A DNA stretch of 34,370 nucleotides. It comes from Nemertoderma westbladi. Its lineage: Eukaryota; Animalia; Xenacoelomorpha. The notes below the pieces were generated by a model. That model saw only the letters and a program-made list of their open reading frames with translations, made no database searches and was not told the DNA's origin. Location: positions 1-34,370 of the forward strand of contig JAUCBJ010008858.1 of NCBI GenBank assembly GCA_032718475.1, given 5' to 3'. The position numbers were made by a program, and so were the translations under genes. Each line of letters begins with the position of its first letter. The stretch's first letter is position 1. Positions 20,004 through 32,043 of the stretch are shown here, one piece after another.

Positions 20004-20833
20004 CCGCTGGCTTTCCGCTTCAATACCGCAGGACTACATTACCGGGGCTAAACAATAGTGTGATTGGAAAGCAGGGACTTAGTACATTTGTAAATTTACT
20101 TTGAATTTTATTTAATTTGTTTATTTTAATGTTTAATATTTAATGAACAGTAGGCCTATAATAATCCGCTGAAGACACTCAAAACGGGCGAAATGCGCAA
20201 ACGGACATGGTTGCGAACGTGGCCAGACCTTCATCAGAGGTCTTCCCTCCAGCCGCAGCCCCATGGAGGCTCATCATATATATATAAATTGTGGAACAAA
20301 TGGCACATATTTAATTTATCTAAGGATAGCAACTAAATATTTTTTGAGCCTTGCTGATAACTTAATGATTCCCGACACAACATTAAATTTTCTGGCACAC
20401 CGGTAAAATAACATTTTTGGCACATTAATTAATATTTCAGGCATATAATTTTTATCTACTTTTGATACATAATTAAACAAGCTTGCCAGCAGAGCTGGCA
20501 ATAATGGACGAATCCATTGTTATCAATATTGTTGTAATAAATTACGCGCCTATGCATGGGAGCCTATAATAACGGAATACTAAAAAATCTAAAAAAACTA
20601 AAAAGCATTGGGCAAAGTACTGTCTGTACAATACAATACAATACAAATAGTATTGTTGTAATAAATTATGCTTATATGCAGGGCAGCCTAATAACGAAAA
20701 ACTAAACATTGGGCAAGCTACACAATAGTATATTGTATGATAAAAAAAAACACTACGTTTGTAAGAAATGTATCTTCTCCTACAATTCTAAATGAAATAC
20801 AGCGAAATTTTGCAGAAAGCATGTCCAATAGAT

Positions 20834-21980
20834 ATCCAACTTGGATCCGTCCAACCAACTTTGATCCGCCCAACATCCAACTTGGATCTGTCCAACATCC
20901 AACTTGGATCCGTCCAACATCCAACTTGGATCCGTCCAACATCCAACTTGGATCCGTCCAACATCCAACTTGGATCCGTCCAACATTCAACTTGGATCCG
21001 TCCATCAACTTGGATCCGACCAACATCCAACTTGGATCCGTCCAACATCCAACTTGGATCCGTCCCACATCCAACTTGGATCCGTCCAACATCCAACTTG
21101 GATCCGTCCAACATCCAATTTGGATCCGTCTAACCAACTTTGATCCGCCCAACATCCAACTTGGATCTGTCCAACAACCAATTTGGATCCTTCCAACCAA
21201 ATTGGATCCGTCCAACATCCAACTTGGATCCGTCCAACATCCAATTTGGATCCGTCCAACCAACTTTGATCCGCCCAACATCCAACTTGGATCTGTCCAA
21301 CAACCAATTTGGATCCGTCCAACCAAATTGGATCCGCCCAACATCCAACTTGGATCCGTCCAACATCCAATTTGGATCCGTCCAACCCAACTTGGATCCG
21401 TCCAACATCCAACTTGGATCTGTCCAACAACCAATTTGGATCCGTCCAACCAAATTGGATCCGTCCAACATCCAACTTGGATCCGTCCAACATCCAACTT
21501 GGATCCGTCCAACATCCAACTTGGATCCGTCCAACATCCAACTTGGATCCCTCCAACATCCAACTTGGATCCGTCCAACATCCAACATGGATCCGTCCAA
21601 CATCCAAATTGGATCCGTCCAACAACCAACTTGGATCCGTCCAACATCCAACTTGGATCCGTCCAACATCCAACTTGGATCCGTCCAACATCCAACTTGG
21701 ATCCGTCCAACATCCAACTTGGATCCGTCCAACATCCAAATTGGATCCGTCCAACATCCAACTTGGATCCGTCCAACATCCAACTTGGATCCCTCCAACA
21801 TCCAACTTGGATCCGTCCAACATCCAACTTGGATCCGCCCAACATCCAAATTGAATCCGTCCAACATCCAACTTGGATCCCTCCAACATCCAACTTGGAT
21901 CCGTCCAACATCCAACTTGGATCCGTCCAACCAACTTTGATCCGCCCAACCTCCAACTTGGATTCGTCCAACCAACTTTA
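20834..21980. repeat. 22-bp minisatellite (CATCCAACTTGGATCCGTCCAA)n, roughly 50 units
   Basis: Read directly. Each unit contains the ATCCAA-C-TTGGAT palindrome and GGATCC; shorter variant units are interspersed. Confidence 0.95.
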
Positions 21981-22329
21981 CCACCTCGACAAACTGCAAC
22001 CACTAATTAGAATTTACAATGGGGTTGGCTTCCAATTGTCTGAGGAATTAAATGGTGTCAGTATCAATGATGTTATCGTAGCAGGTATTGTGTCTTTAGG
22101 GTGTCCAACTCGAGAACTAATTGAACTAATTGTAAACTATCTGGTAGTCCAGAAATCTACAAAATTTTGACCGTGTTTTGGCACAAGCATGGTGAAATCC
22201 ACGGTCTGACAGTTTGAGGAAATGCATACATACAAAGTCATTCTGTGGACAACAAAAGTCATTATGCAAAATTCGTAAAAAATTGAAAACAATAATACTA
22301 AACTAAAAACTAAAACTGTATAAGGATAA

Positions 22330-22465
22330 CTGAGATAGCGCCTTTCAAAAGAATTCATTATAAAGGCGCTATCTCAGAAACTATTAGAAAGGCGCTATCT
22401 TAGGATACCATATAGAAGTTCTAAGATAGCCTTTTTAATGAATTCATTAAAAAGGAGCTATCTTG
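22330..22465. repeat. Cluster of alternating-orientation AGATAGCGCCTTT motifs (hairpins)
   Basis: CTGAGATAGCGCCTTT (22330-22345) and AAAGGCGCTATCTCAG (22362-22377) form a perfect 16-bp inverted repeat; three more degenerate copies follow. Confidence 0.75.
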
Positions 22466-23280
22466 GAATTCGTCAATATTCTAATTTCAATCACAGTTTT
22501 ATTGAATTTTCTGCATTTCATTTAAATCAAATGATTTAAATGTGATAATTTTAATAAAAACCCATTATCAAAAATTATATCATCTGATGCAGAATTATAT
22601 TATATTGCATTATAGGCTTTCACATGAAATGAATACTCTAATTTTTTCAAAAATTTGAGATACTGTAGAGCCTTTTTATTTCCACATGACGTGTACTCGA
22701 GTACGAGTACTGTAGCTATCCAGTAATAATCTAAAGACCTACAGTATGTAACCATCCCTCCCTAACTACAAAATACAACATACTGTAGGTCCATTCCATG
22801 TTACGTGTGTTTCATCCTGATACGAATTTTGAAGTTCATCATGCAAATTTTATTAGAAAACACTTCACAAACAATAACTTATAGTTTCTGTATAATTATT
22901 TGGTTATTCCATGTTGTGTATGTGAAATAAAATTGAACAAAAGTAAATATTAGATTCTCAGTAACCATTTAAAATAGTGTTACGTGTGTTACACATGAAA
23001 TGCACCCAAAATTGGACAAATAATGTAATTTAAATTTCATGAAAATCAAGAGTATTAGTAATGCAGAGCAGTGACTATCCGATATAATTAGATATCTAAA
23101 ATGATAAATAACATAGTTGTGGCAAGGAATAAAACCAATTCTGACTAAAGTAGTAGACCAAAAATGCGAGAGACTCCCGTTACGTGAGTGACGTTACGTG
23201 TGTTACATTTAAGACCACTACTTCATTTGCCAATTAAATTATGTTCATCCATATTGTATACAAATATATGTTTTATATAA

Positions 23281-24577
23281 TATACATAGAAGATCAAATT
23301 TTCTAGAACAGTGATTGTTTCTTTGTCATTCCATGTTATATTGAAAATATTTGACTTCAAAGTTTGCCCTAATATTGCAGTTATCACAATGAAAATTGCC
23401 TATATTTTGAATTTGGCTGGAAATGATAAGAAATTGATGTTTACAAAAATTGGTCTTGTCATTATATAAGTATTAATGCCTAATGTGAAGAAAAACACCA
23501 AAAATGTTAATTCTGGATAATATAGTTGTGACCAACTTTGCAAATGAAATGTTACTTTTCGTTTGTAACACACATAACATAATATAACTAAAAGTTTCCA
23601 TTTCTAAGCTTCCACTACATTTGGTAAGCCATGGTTTGGTTAAGCATACAATAAAGTATGCAAATAATCCAGTACACCTTACTAGATAATTAAAAAATGT
23701 AACACACGTAACATGTTATGAGATATTTTTATATACTGTATTTATTTTCAAATAATTCAATGAGATATAATAACATCAATTATAAATTATATACCATTCA
23801 TTAAGGGGGATTCACACTGGAGATAAGAATGACTCGTGACCAGTCATGAAACTTAAGTATAACCAATCAAAAGAGAAAGATTTCCGTGTACTCCTGTGTG
23901 TACCTCCGTGTACTTCCCGTGTACATGCTGTACTTGTTATTCATTGGATAGCTGTCTGTACTCAAGTTTCATGACTAGGCATGAATCATTCTTATCCAGT
24001 GTGAATCCCCCTTAATGAATGGTATATAATTTATAATTGATGTTATTATATTATTGAATTATTTTGTAATTAAATATATAACTTTGAAATTCATACATGT
24101 AACACACGTAACATGTTACGTGTGTTACATTTTTTAATTGTCTTGTAAGTTGTACTGAATTATTCGCATACTTTACTCTTTGTGGCATTTTAGAGCACAT
24201 AACATTCTTGCTTTGTATGCTTAACCATAGCTTACCAAATGAAGTGGAAGCTTAGAAATTAAAACTTTTAGTTATATTATGTTACGTGTGTTACAAACGA
24301 AAAGTAACATTTCATTCGCAATTTGGTCACAACTATATTATCCAGAATTACATTTTGGATGTTTTTCCTTACATTCGACTTTAATACTTATGTAATGACA
24401 AGAAAAGTTTTAGTAAACATGAATATTTTTATCATTTCCAGCTAAATTTATAATAAGTGCAATTTTTATTTTGATAACTGCAATATTATGGCAAACTTTG
24501 AAGTCAAATATTTTCAATATAACATGGAATGACTAAGAAACAATCACTGTTCTAGAAAATTCGATCTTCTATGTATA
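23281..24577. mobile_element. ~1.3-kb foldback (long inverted repeat, arms ~0.6 kb) centred on a MITE-like core at 23801-24015
   Basis: TATACATAGAAGATC.AATTTTCTAGAACAGTGATTG... at 23281 is mirrored at 24577. The core is TTAAGGGGGATTCACACTGG ... CCAGTGTGAATCCCCCTTAA. Confidence 0.85.
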
Positions 24578-24881
24578 AGATATGCAATGATATGATAGGA
24601 AGGAAAAAATATTTTTTTCCCCAGGGACCACTTCTGGTGGAATGGACCTGTACATCAGTACATTGTTCAGTACTTGTACCGGAGTGTAACAGACACACGT
24701 TCAACAATTAGATTTATACTCGAACATATGTAATCGTGAGACATTACACATTAGTCAGTTAGTATTAGTACTGTAGTACAGTAGTAGGCCTACAATTAAA
24801 TTATAAAAAGATAAACACGTGAAACTCTAAAGGAAAACATCCCTACCGCCCCAGGCCAGCCCAGGCCATAACTTACTGACA

Positions 24882-25793
24882 ATGAAGCTAACAGTTCGAG
24901 CTATTCGAAGTAATGAGATTATTTTATCCGAGACTAACGTGGTCAATGGATTACGAGTCGGACAGATTAAATATTTACTCCACAAGGAACACGGGATGGC
25001 GAACGCACTCAGATTGGTTCTACGGCTTCTACCGAAGGGTAAAAACTTAAACGACGACATGTCGTTGGACCAACTAACATCCAATCCCGAACTAGTTCTC
25101 TTTGTTAAAGACTTGGGGCCCCAGGTTGCCTGGACCACGGTATTCCTAGCGGAATACGCCGGTCCCATCGCCGTATATACGTTATTCTACATGCGACCTA
25201 CGCTCATCTACGGTGTGACTGCGGTCGATCAGGCCCATTACGCCGTCAACCTTGCCGCAATCTGCTACGTATCGCATTACGTAAAACGGATACTAGAAAC
25301 CCTATATGTCCATCGTTTTTCCCACGCTACAATGCCATTGGCCAATTTGTTTAAGAATTGCTCCTACTATTGGGGCTTCTCTGCGGCGATTGGCTACTAC
25401 ACCAACCATCCTTTGTACACTGCTGCCAGCTACGGACCACTACAAGTCTACACCGGTCTGTGTGGCTTCGTTCTCTTCGAATTCGGCAACCTCTCCATCC
25501 ATCTGCTGCAGCGCAACCTGCGACCAGCTAGCAGCACTATCCGTAGGATTCCCTACCCTAGCGGCAACCCCTTTACTTGGCTCTTCCGTCTCGTTTCCTG
25601 CCCCAACTACACCTACGAGTTCCTCTCATGGTCCGCTTTCTCTCTCGTCACTCAAACACTTCCAGCCGTCGCCTTTACTCTCGTTGGTTTCGCCCAGATG
25701 ACTGTCTGGGCTAAAGCGAAGCACCGCGCATATAAAGCTGAGTTCAGGGATTACCCGAAAAACAGAAAGGCAATCATTCCATTTGTTATTTAA
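24882..25793 (+). CDS. TECR: Very-long-chain trans-2,3-enoyl-CoA reductase (TECR/Tsc13 family), single coding exon
   Basis: Ubiquitin-like N-terminus, then KDLGPQVAWTTVFLAEYAGP, HYVKRILETLYVHRFSHATMP..NLFKNCSYYW, VSCPNYTYE, and C-terminal YPKNRKAIIPFVI; 303 aa, full length. Confidence 0.95.
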   Translation: MKLTVRAIRSNEIILSETNVVNGLRVGQIKYLLHKEHGMANALRLVLRLLPKGKNLNDDMSLDQLTSNPELVLFVKDLGPQVAWTTVFLAEYAGPIAVYTLFYMRPTLIYGVTAVDQAHYAVNLAAICYVSHYVKRILETLYVHRFSHATMPLANLFKNCSYYWGFSAAIGYYTNHPLYTAASYGPLQVYTGLCGFVLFEFGNLSIHLLQRNLRPASSTIRRIPYPSGNPFTWLFRLVSCPNYTYEFLSWSAFSLVTQTLPAVAFTLVGFAQMTVWAKAKHRAYKAEFRDYPKNRKAIIPFVI

Positions 25794-27480
25794 TTTGTCG
25801 GTAATTATAAATTAATGATTTAACGTGAATCCGTGTTGTTAGAGTGGATGTCTCCTACAGAGACAAAACAAGCGAGGTAGTACACAATGTCAAACATTGT
25901 ATCAATCAGTTAGGTACTGTAGTTAAGTTACGAAATGTAACAAAAAAAATGATTTTTTAATTTACGATTCTTTTCAGTTTGGTTTACATTTGTTTTGTTT
26001 AGTTTGGGGTTTTGGTGGTTATCTTTTTACGAATGTTATCGTACTTACAGCTATTTTTAAATTGTAAATACGGTAATTCGTTTCTGACCAAAAGAATAAT
26101 AAGATATTACTGAACAGTTGTTGGTGTAACAGAGTGTAATCGCGTTTATTTCAGTTACCGGTATATTATTAATGGTCTGTCTCTGTCTTTTTGTTCTCAT
26201 ATAATAAATTTGTTGAATATCATATGATAAGAGTAGACGTTACTATATTTTACTAAACGTCACAGAAATATACAGTAATTAATTAAATAAATAGTAATTA
26301 ATTAACCACCGACAGGAATCTAACCCGCATCATCCCAATAATTTTTCAGCTTCCGGTATGCTGACCATTATAATACCACTGACGCTCATGCATTTACATT
26401 AATATGTTTATATTGAATTGACCAGGTCCAGTAATTTATTGTACTGCTACGCAGAGCCGCATCTATACAAAGGAAAAGAGGAAAAGGGGGCCCGGGGCAA
26501 CGTAAGTGTGGAAAATCCCCCCCCCCCCCCCACCCAGACAAAAAAAAATTCAGACAAAAAAATTGTTATTTCCCTGCTTTGCGCCCTCACTTCAACCGGG
26601 TTATTCCAGGCAGCGCTACATATGCAGAAAGCCAGACAAACAATAAATAAATCAACCTCCTTCATCATCAACTCACCTTCACAACAAACTAAATGGTCCA
26701 CAAATTGTTTAATTATATTCATGTTCTGGAATATTTACAAAGTTGTCTCGTTTTAATAATAATGAAGGGCTCCAAATGACAACGTTATATAGTTTACCTA
26801 CCTAGTCTAAGTTCACTTAAATACTGAGGGAAAGACTTGCCCAGAACTAATTTAGTGGAAGAAATTAAAAATAGTGACCGAAAGTTCTAATTGTTTCTAT
26901 CACAGTTTTTTTCCAAATTTAAGTGGGACATGGCAAATGTTTTAGATAAATAAATTTGGTGGCTGCATTAATAAAATAAAGTGCACTACTCTATTTAACA
27001 ATATTAACAAAGACATTCATTAGTTGATTGACAGTGCATATTCCAGTTAATCCTGTTCCAAGAATTCAACTAGACCCAGCAGGCAGATACAGACAACAGC
27101 TGCATCAGTCCCTTGTTAAGGTTATGCCAAGTGATGTGAAGCCGTCTGTAACCAAAACTCAACGCAAGTTTTATGGAATTCCATTAGTATTAACATTCAA
27201 CCACAACCAGTAATTTCACTGACAGAATTGAATATATTGTTGAGGGAATATGCACAGCACAATGCATTTATTATTGACCACCAGAGTTAATATTAGGCAG
27301 ACAAAATATTGATTAATAAATTACTGGTATTGCTTTCATTAAATAATTAATTTTCAATTTGTAGAGTAATAATATTCGATGTTTTTATTATATATTATTA
27401 ACCGGGAAGGATTACATTAGATTATCGCCTAACTTAATTATAACTATCCTCTATTTGAGATCAGAAATAAACGAAGGTTA

Positions 27481-27977
27481 AGGGGGGGCGTTCATAAAGT
27501 ATGTCACGCACTAGGGGGGGAGGTGGGGTTAGAGCTTGCGTGACATTTTGTGACAGAGGGGGGAGGGGGGTGTCGACTTTACTTTTGTGGCGGTCACGGC
27601 GATGTTCTATGCTTTAATGTCAGCACTTAACACATGTGTAGAAGGGTGGGTAACTTTAAGGAAAACAATAAACTCAATAACATTGAGTATAATCGATAAA
27701 TTGAGTAGGACATAGAAGCCATTGACTCCAACACTGTAATACCTGTTATTAATATAGAATAAGAACACTTGACTTACCCGTGGGAAAATGTGTATCGTGA
27801 TTGAATTTATATTGTATTTTGGCATAACAAACATTGTGTTACATTGAGATAAAATATTTTTTGTCGGGGCGGGGGGGGGGGGGGGGGGGTCGAGCTTGTG
27901 TGACACTTTGTGACAGAGGGGGGATGGGGGGTCAAAAATCGGAAAAATTTGCGTGACATACTTTATGAACGCCCCCT
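27481..27977. mobile_element. MITE, probably PIF/Harbinger-type
   Basis: 27-bp TIR GGGGGCGTTCATAAAGTATGTCACGCA / TGCGTGACATACTTTATGAACGCCCCC, with TAA at both flanks. Internal direct repeat GAGCTTG.GTGACA.TTTGTGACAGAGGGGGG at ~27532 and ~27892. Confidence 0.85.
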
Positions 27978-29184
27978 AAATCAAAATCCTTAATTTGAAT
28001 TTAAATATCTAAAATTAAATAATCGATGATATTATTGAATTAGGTCAATAATCAAAATAAAATAACTACACCGAATATTGAACACTATAATTTTATTTTA
28101 ATTTATGTTATATTATTATGTAATATAGTGAGAATATTGATAACTAAATATTGGTGGCATAGAACCTATTGTTTGTTTGTTAATTCTCAAAACTTAATTC
28201 ATAATATTATATTAGTTAGTCTACTATTTGCATTCCATTCTTTGAAAATCCTCTCTGTAACAAATAAATATTGCTAGAGTCATGTTTCTCATCGTTGCGG
28301 GGGCGTGTTAGTTTTACTTAATAGTAAACCATCTCGTAAAATACCAACTAATGATACCATGGAAAAAATAGTACTTCCTTATCATAAAAGTGGGTAAGAA
28401 AATTCGATAAATAAAAAATAAACACAATTTTATTGAAAACTCAAAGGAGTCAAAGGAGTAACAACTTATACAGAAATATAATAAACCATGTACAAAATAT
28501 TATAAAAAATACGTAAAATATATTACATTTATACATATTCATAGAGTGAGATGCTGTTATATACAGTATGATTACTACCTATTAATTAATGTGTGGGTGG
28601 TGATACACCAATAAATTATTTATGATTTCCTTGGCTTCAAAAAAAAACATTTAGTATAAAACTCAAATAATCTCGAGAAAATTATATCCTCTGGAAGAAC
28701 TGATACCATTCCCAATGAGGCTAAAAATATGTGTGATAAGTATTGCGCGGAAGTATGAGATAAGGAAACACTAACTGGGATTCGAAATATATCTGAATTA
28801 AGGAGTAAGATTAATAAAAAATGCATTATTGTATAATACCGCAAAAAGTAAATAAGCTATACCTTCTATATGGTACAGGAATAATTTGTGATCCTTTATG
28901 TAACGGCATAAGAAATTCAAATAATTACGGTAAACACTTAGTAAATAATAAAAAAAATAGTGACAAGGTGGTAACTGGGGATTGATACAGTGCTCTGCCG
29001 ATGGCTTCCGAACACACCAATTTAATTACTAAACTTCATCTGGTACTTATACACTACGGTACCCTATTAGTACCTTATCAACTGTATAAGAAGTACAACA
29101 CCAATTTAATTATAATTATTTCCCAAGGATTGCCCGGCGCGCGCTTCTGAAAGGGGTCAAAGTAAGCAGCAAAACCTAGACTAT

Positions 29185-32043
29185 TTAGAGCGTCGTTTTA
29201 AACTCTACCATGGCCTTATTTAATCGCTTCACTCGCTCGTCAAATAGCTTCCGTTGTTCGTTCTGCTCAACGAGTACCATTCGCATCTCGTCTTCCACCT
29301 CAGCTACCCTAGAATTAGAGGCATCCAACTCATCCTGTTTGGCGTTCAACAGTCGTTGGTGCTCTTCTTCAAACTCAAAGTCATGTTCCTCCATCTGCCG
29401 CTTATAAACCTCATCTATACATTCCAGTTTGGCCAAAGCCGCTTTGGCGGCTTCTTGGGCTGCCTTACAATCCTTTATCAATTGGGTTTCCTTGAGCTTC
29501 CAGTTGGTGGCCATCTCTTTTACTTGGGATTCTAGAACGGATATAAGATTCCCTTTCTCTTTCCATTTCTTCTGCAACGAATTATTATCCTTCTCTAGAT
29601 TACCATAAGCATCACGCAAATCGGCCAGTTCGTCTTTAAGTTGCTCTTTCCTTTCGTTTAATTTATCGCATCGCAATTGTAACTCCCTATTATTTTGACT
29701 CTCAGAGTTTAACTGATGCTGCAACTCTTTCTGAAACTCAAGAGTTTCCTCTCTCGCTCGTTTGATTAGACTATCCTTCTCATTGAGAGCCTCTTTTATA
29801 TTTCTAATAGTATCGGTTTGATCCTCCAACATTTTTGTTTTAATCTTAATACTATCGTCTTTATTTTCTAACTCTTTACTAAGTTTGGATACCTGCGCGG
29901 TTAGTGTCTCAATCTGAAGTTCCATCTTCCCTCGTTCCTGAGCCAAACCAGCACCTTGTTTCGCCAACTCCACGGCCCACAGTCGTTTTTCCTTCCTCAA
30001 CCCATCCAATATTCCTTGTTGGCCACTGTTCTGAGCCAACAACTTGGCTTTATTGCGTTTTAGTTCATCGAAGTCTTTAATTTTATCTCGACACTCTAGT
30101 AATTGTCTTTGTAAAGATTCATTATTCGCCTTTAGTTCAGTGATTGCATCTAGTTTAGTCTTCGAAACTTCAGTTAACTTACTTTTCTGTTGTTTCACGA
30201 GAGAATTTAATTCGGATATCGTTGATTTTAATATATTTTCGTTATCCTCTTTATCATCCAACATACGTTTCCACTGCGATGAGGAATGATTCAACCTCTC
30301 GTATTCGTTCTGCAATTCTTTTAGTTTATCCGCTTCTATTCGAAGAGCCATCCTAAATTCGTCTTCTAACTCATCGTATTCGCGAGTTAAACCATCTATT
30401 TTATCCTGATAAACTCTGACTCGTTGGGTATTCAACTGCTCCTGTTTGTTAAGCTCTTTCTCAATAACCGCGCTAAGCGCTGGACTCGATAATGAATATT
30501 TACCTTGCGAATCCTTTATATGTTGTTGTTCTCTGGTCGCCAATAGCGATTGCAATTCGTGAATCTGATCTTTTTGCTGATCCCGTTGGACTCCTATTAA
30601 TTGTAACTCCCTCTGTAAGCCCGCTACTTTGATCGTGTAATCCTGCGTCACCTTCCCTTCATGAGCGGACTGTTTCAACCTATCCGCCTCCATCTTGGCG
30701 ACTGTGGCTTCGGACGCTCGTAGCGCCCTACGTTGTTCATCAACTTCGGTTTCTAACACCCTAAATTTTTCATAAACATCAGTGTATTCTTCCTTTGCTT
30801 TCTGCAGATGATCCTGCGATTGCTTGTTTATTTCCCGCTCCTTAATTAGCATATTTTTTAGCTTATTCGAGGCTTCCACCGCACTTCCATGAACCTCCGT
30901 ATCGATGTGCTCTTTACATCTCAACTCCTTTACGGTATCCGCTAATTTCTTGGCAACAACTTCCGCCTTCCATCTTCTCTGCCTTTCATCGTCCAATTCC
31001 TTCATGAGATGAACGAATGTCTCGTGGGAATCAATATCTACTGCAACTTCCTTAGTCGAGGGTTGTATTGTTTTCTTTTTCGTTTTATTATTCTCTTTAT
31101 TGGAATGTAAAACTTTATTATTGGAACTATATTTAACTGATTTTCCCTTTGATGATGAAACATCGCTGACTTCGTTTGTATCTGAACTGGATATTTTATT
31201 GTTCCGCTCTAATAATTGGGCTAATTGGCTCTCCAACCTGGTCAATCGTGATTCATCAGGGTGCGGCATACCTTCCTCGGGAGTCAAGGTTACACTCTGA
31301 GTGGATGATGTCACCACAGAACGGGCTTCCTTCCATTGTTCTAGAGCTTTATCGATTCGAGGAGTAGCTACACTAATAATGTCATCAGGAGCGAAAGACG
31401 CCGTTTTATTGGGAATCCCTGGTGAACTTAAATATTTCAAAAACTCTTCGATCTCTGGCATTTCATTTAGATGAATTTGCTCGACAAAAGGTTGACCTCG
31501 TCTATCAATCCCATCTAGAACCTTTAGAGAAGTCAGTTGTGTGAGCATATCCCTCCTGTATGACACGTGTCGACAAAATGGATTGTCACTTTCATTGATA
31601 ACCATCGTAACATTTTCTAAATTGAGTAATCGTTTCAGGGAGTCTGTAACGTGTTCAAGAGAAGTTAATTCATTGCCATGGAGAGATATTGAACGGAGAT
31701 TGGAATTTGATTGAAATCGCTTGAATCCAGATATATCCGAAATCTTATTATAGGATAAATTAACTGTCCTTAATGAAGGTAGACAATCTAATCCATCAAC
31801 ACTTCTTAAAGTATTACATGATAAATTAAGCAATTTCAATTTAAACAATCCATTAAGTCCGTGGATTGATGATATCCTGTTGGCAGATAAATCCAGATAT
31901 TGCAGCCACTTCAAATGTGAAATATTGGTGATTCCTTCGATTTGGTTATTGTGAAAATTAACCCCCGTCAGGTGGTCTGGCAGTACAACATCTTGCATAT
32001 TATTCAGATTCGAGTCAATAAATGAAAGTTGATTAGCTGTCAT
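29185..32043 (-). CDS. LRRCC1: Leucine-rich repeat and coiled-coil centrosomal protein (LRRCC1/CLERC-like), single coding exon
   Basis: N-terminal SDS22-like LRRs (LDLSANRI, LNLSCNTL, VNLSYNKI, ISLHGNEL), LRR cap (NPFC..YR..LKVLDG), and a long coiled coil with ERQRRWKAE, LEDEFRMAL.IEA and VEDEMR segments recalled from LRRCC1; 952 aa. Confidence 0.82.
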   Translation of the reverse strand: MTANQLSFIDSNLNNMQDVVLPDHLTGVNFHNNQIEGITNISHLKWLQYLDLSANRISSIHGLNGLFKLKLLNLSCNTLRSVDGLDCLPSLRTVNLSYNKISDISGFKRFQSNSNLRSISLHGNELTSLEHVTDSLKRLLNLENVTMVINESDNPFCRHVSYRRDMLTQLTSLKVLDGIDRRGQPFVEQIHLNEMPEIEEFLKYLSSPGIPNKTASFAPDDIISVATPRIDKALEQWKEARSVVTSSTQSVTLTPEEGMPHPDESRLTRLESQLAQLLERNNKISSSDTNEVSDVSSSKGKSVKYSSNNKVLHSNKENNKTKKKTIQPSTKEVAVDIDSHETFVHLMKELDDERQRRWKAEVVAKKLADTVKELRCKEHIDTEVHGSAVEASNKLKNMLIKEREINKQSQDHLQKAKEEYTDVYEKFRVLETEVDEQRRALRASEATVAKMEADRLKQSAHEGKVTQDYTIKVAGLQRELQLIGVQRDQQKDQIHELQSLLATREQQHIKDSQGKYSLSSPALSAVIEKELNKQEQLNTQRVRVYQDKIDGLTREYDELEDEFRMALRIEADKLKELQNEYERLNHSSSQWKRMLDDKEDNENILKSTISELNSLVKQQKSKLTEVSKTKLDAITELKANNESLQRQLLECRDKIKDFDELKRNKAKLLAQNSGQQGILDGLRKEKRLWAVELAKQGAGLAQERGKMELQIETLTAQVSKLSKELENKDDSIKIKTKMLEDQTDTIRNIKEALNEKDSLIKRAREETLEFQKELQHQLNSESQNNRELQLRCDKLNERKEQLKDELADLRDAYGNLEKDNNSLQKKWKEKGNLISVLESQVKEMATNWKLKETQLIKDCKAAQEAAKAALAKLECIDEVYKRQMEEHDFEFEEEHQRLLNAKQDELDASNSRVAEVEDEMRMVLVEQNEQRKLFDERVKRLNKAMVEFKTTL

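Noticed and set aside
20165-20206. Hammerhead-like CTGAAGA...CGAAA with TCCG/CGGA stem
   Set aside because: Stem II lacks the closing G-C pair and there is no U-H cleavage site after stem III. At most a decayed relic.
20527-20717. Short degenerate direct repeat (TATTGTTGTAATAAATTA...CATTGGGCAA)
   Set aside because: Real but a small local duplication with no sign of function.
20718-22170. Many overlapping long ORFs, and possible CRISPR-like appearance
   Set aside because: The ORFs arise from a stop-free 22-bp unit read in all frames. Repeats are contiguous with no unique spacers, there are no cas genes, and the context is eukaryotic.
26418-28844. Short ORFs between TECR and LRRCC1
   Set aside because: Most have non-ATG starts, some run through homopolymer or MITE sequence, and none shows recognisable protein features.
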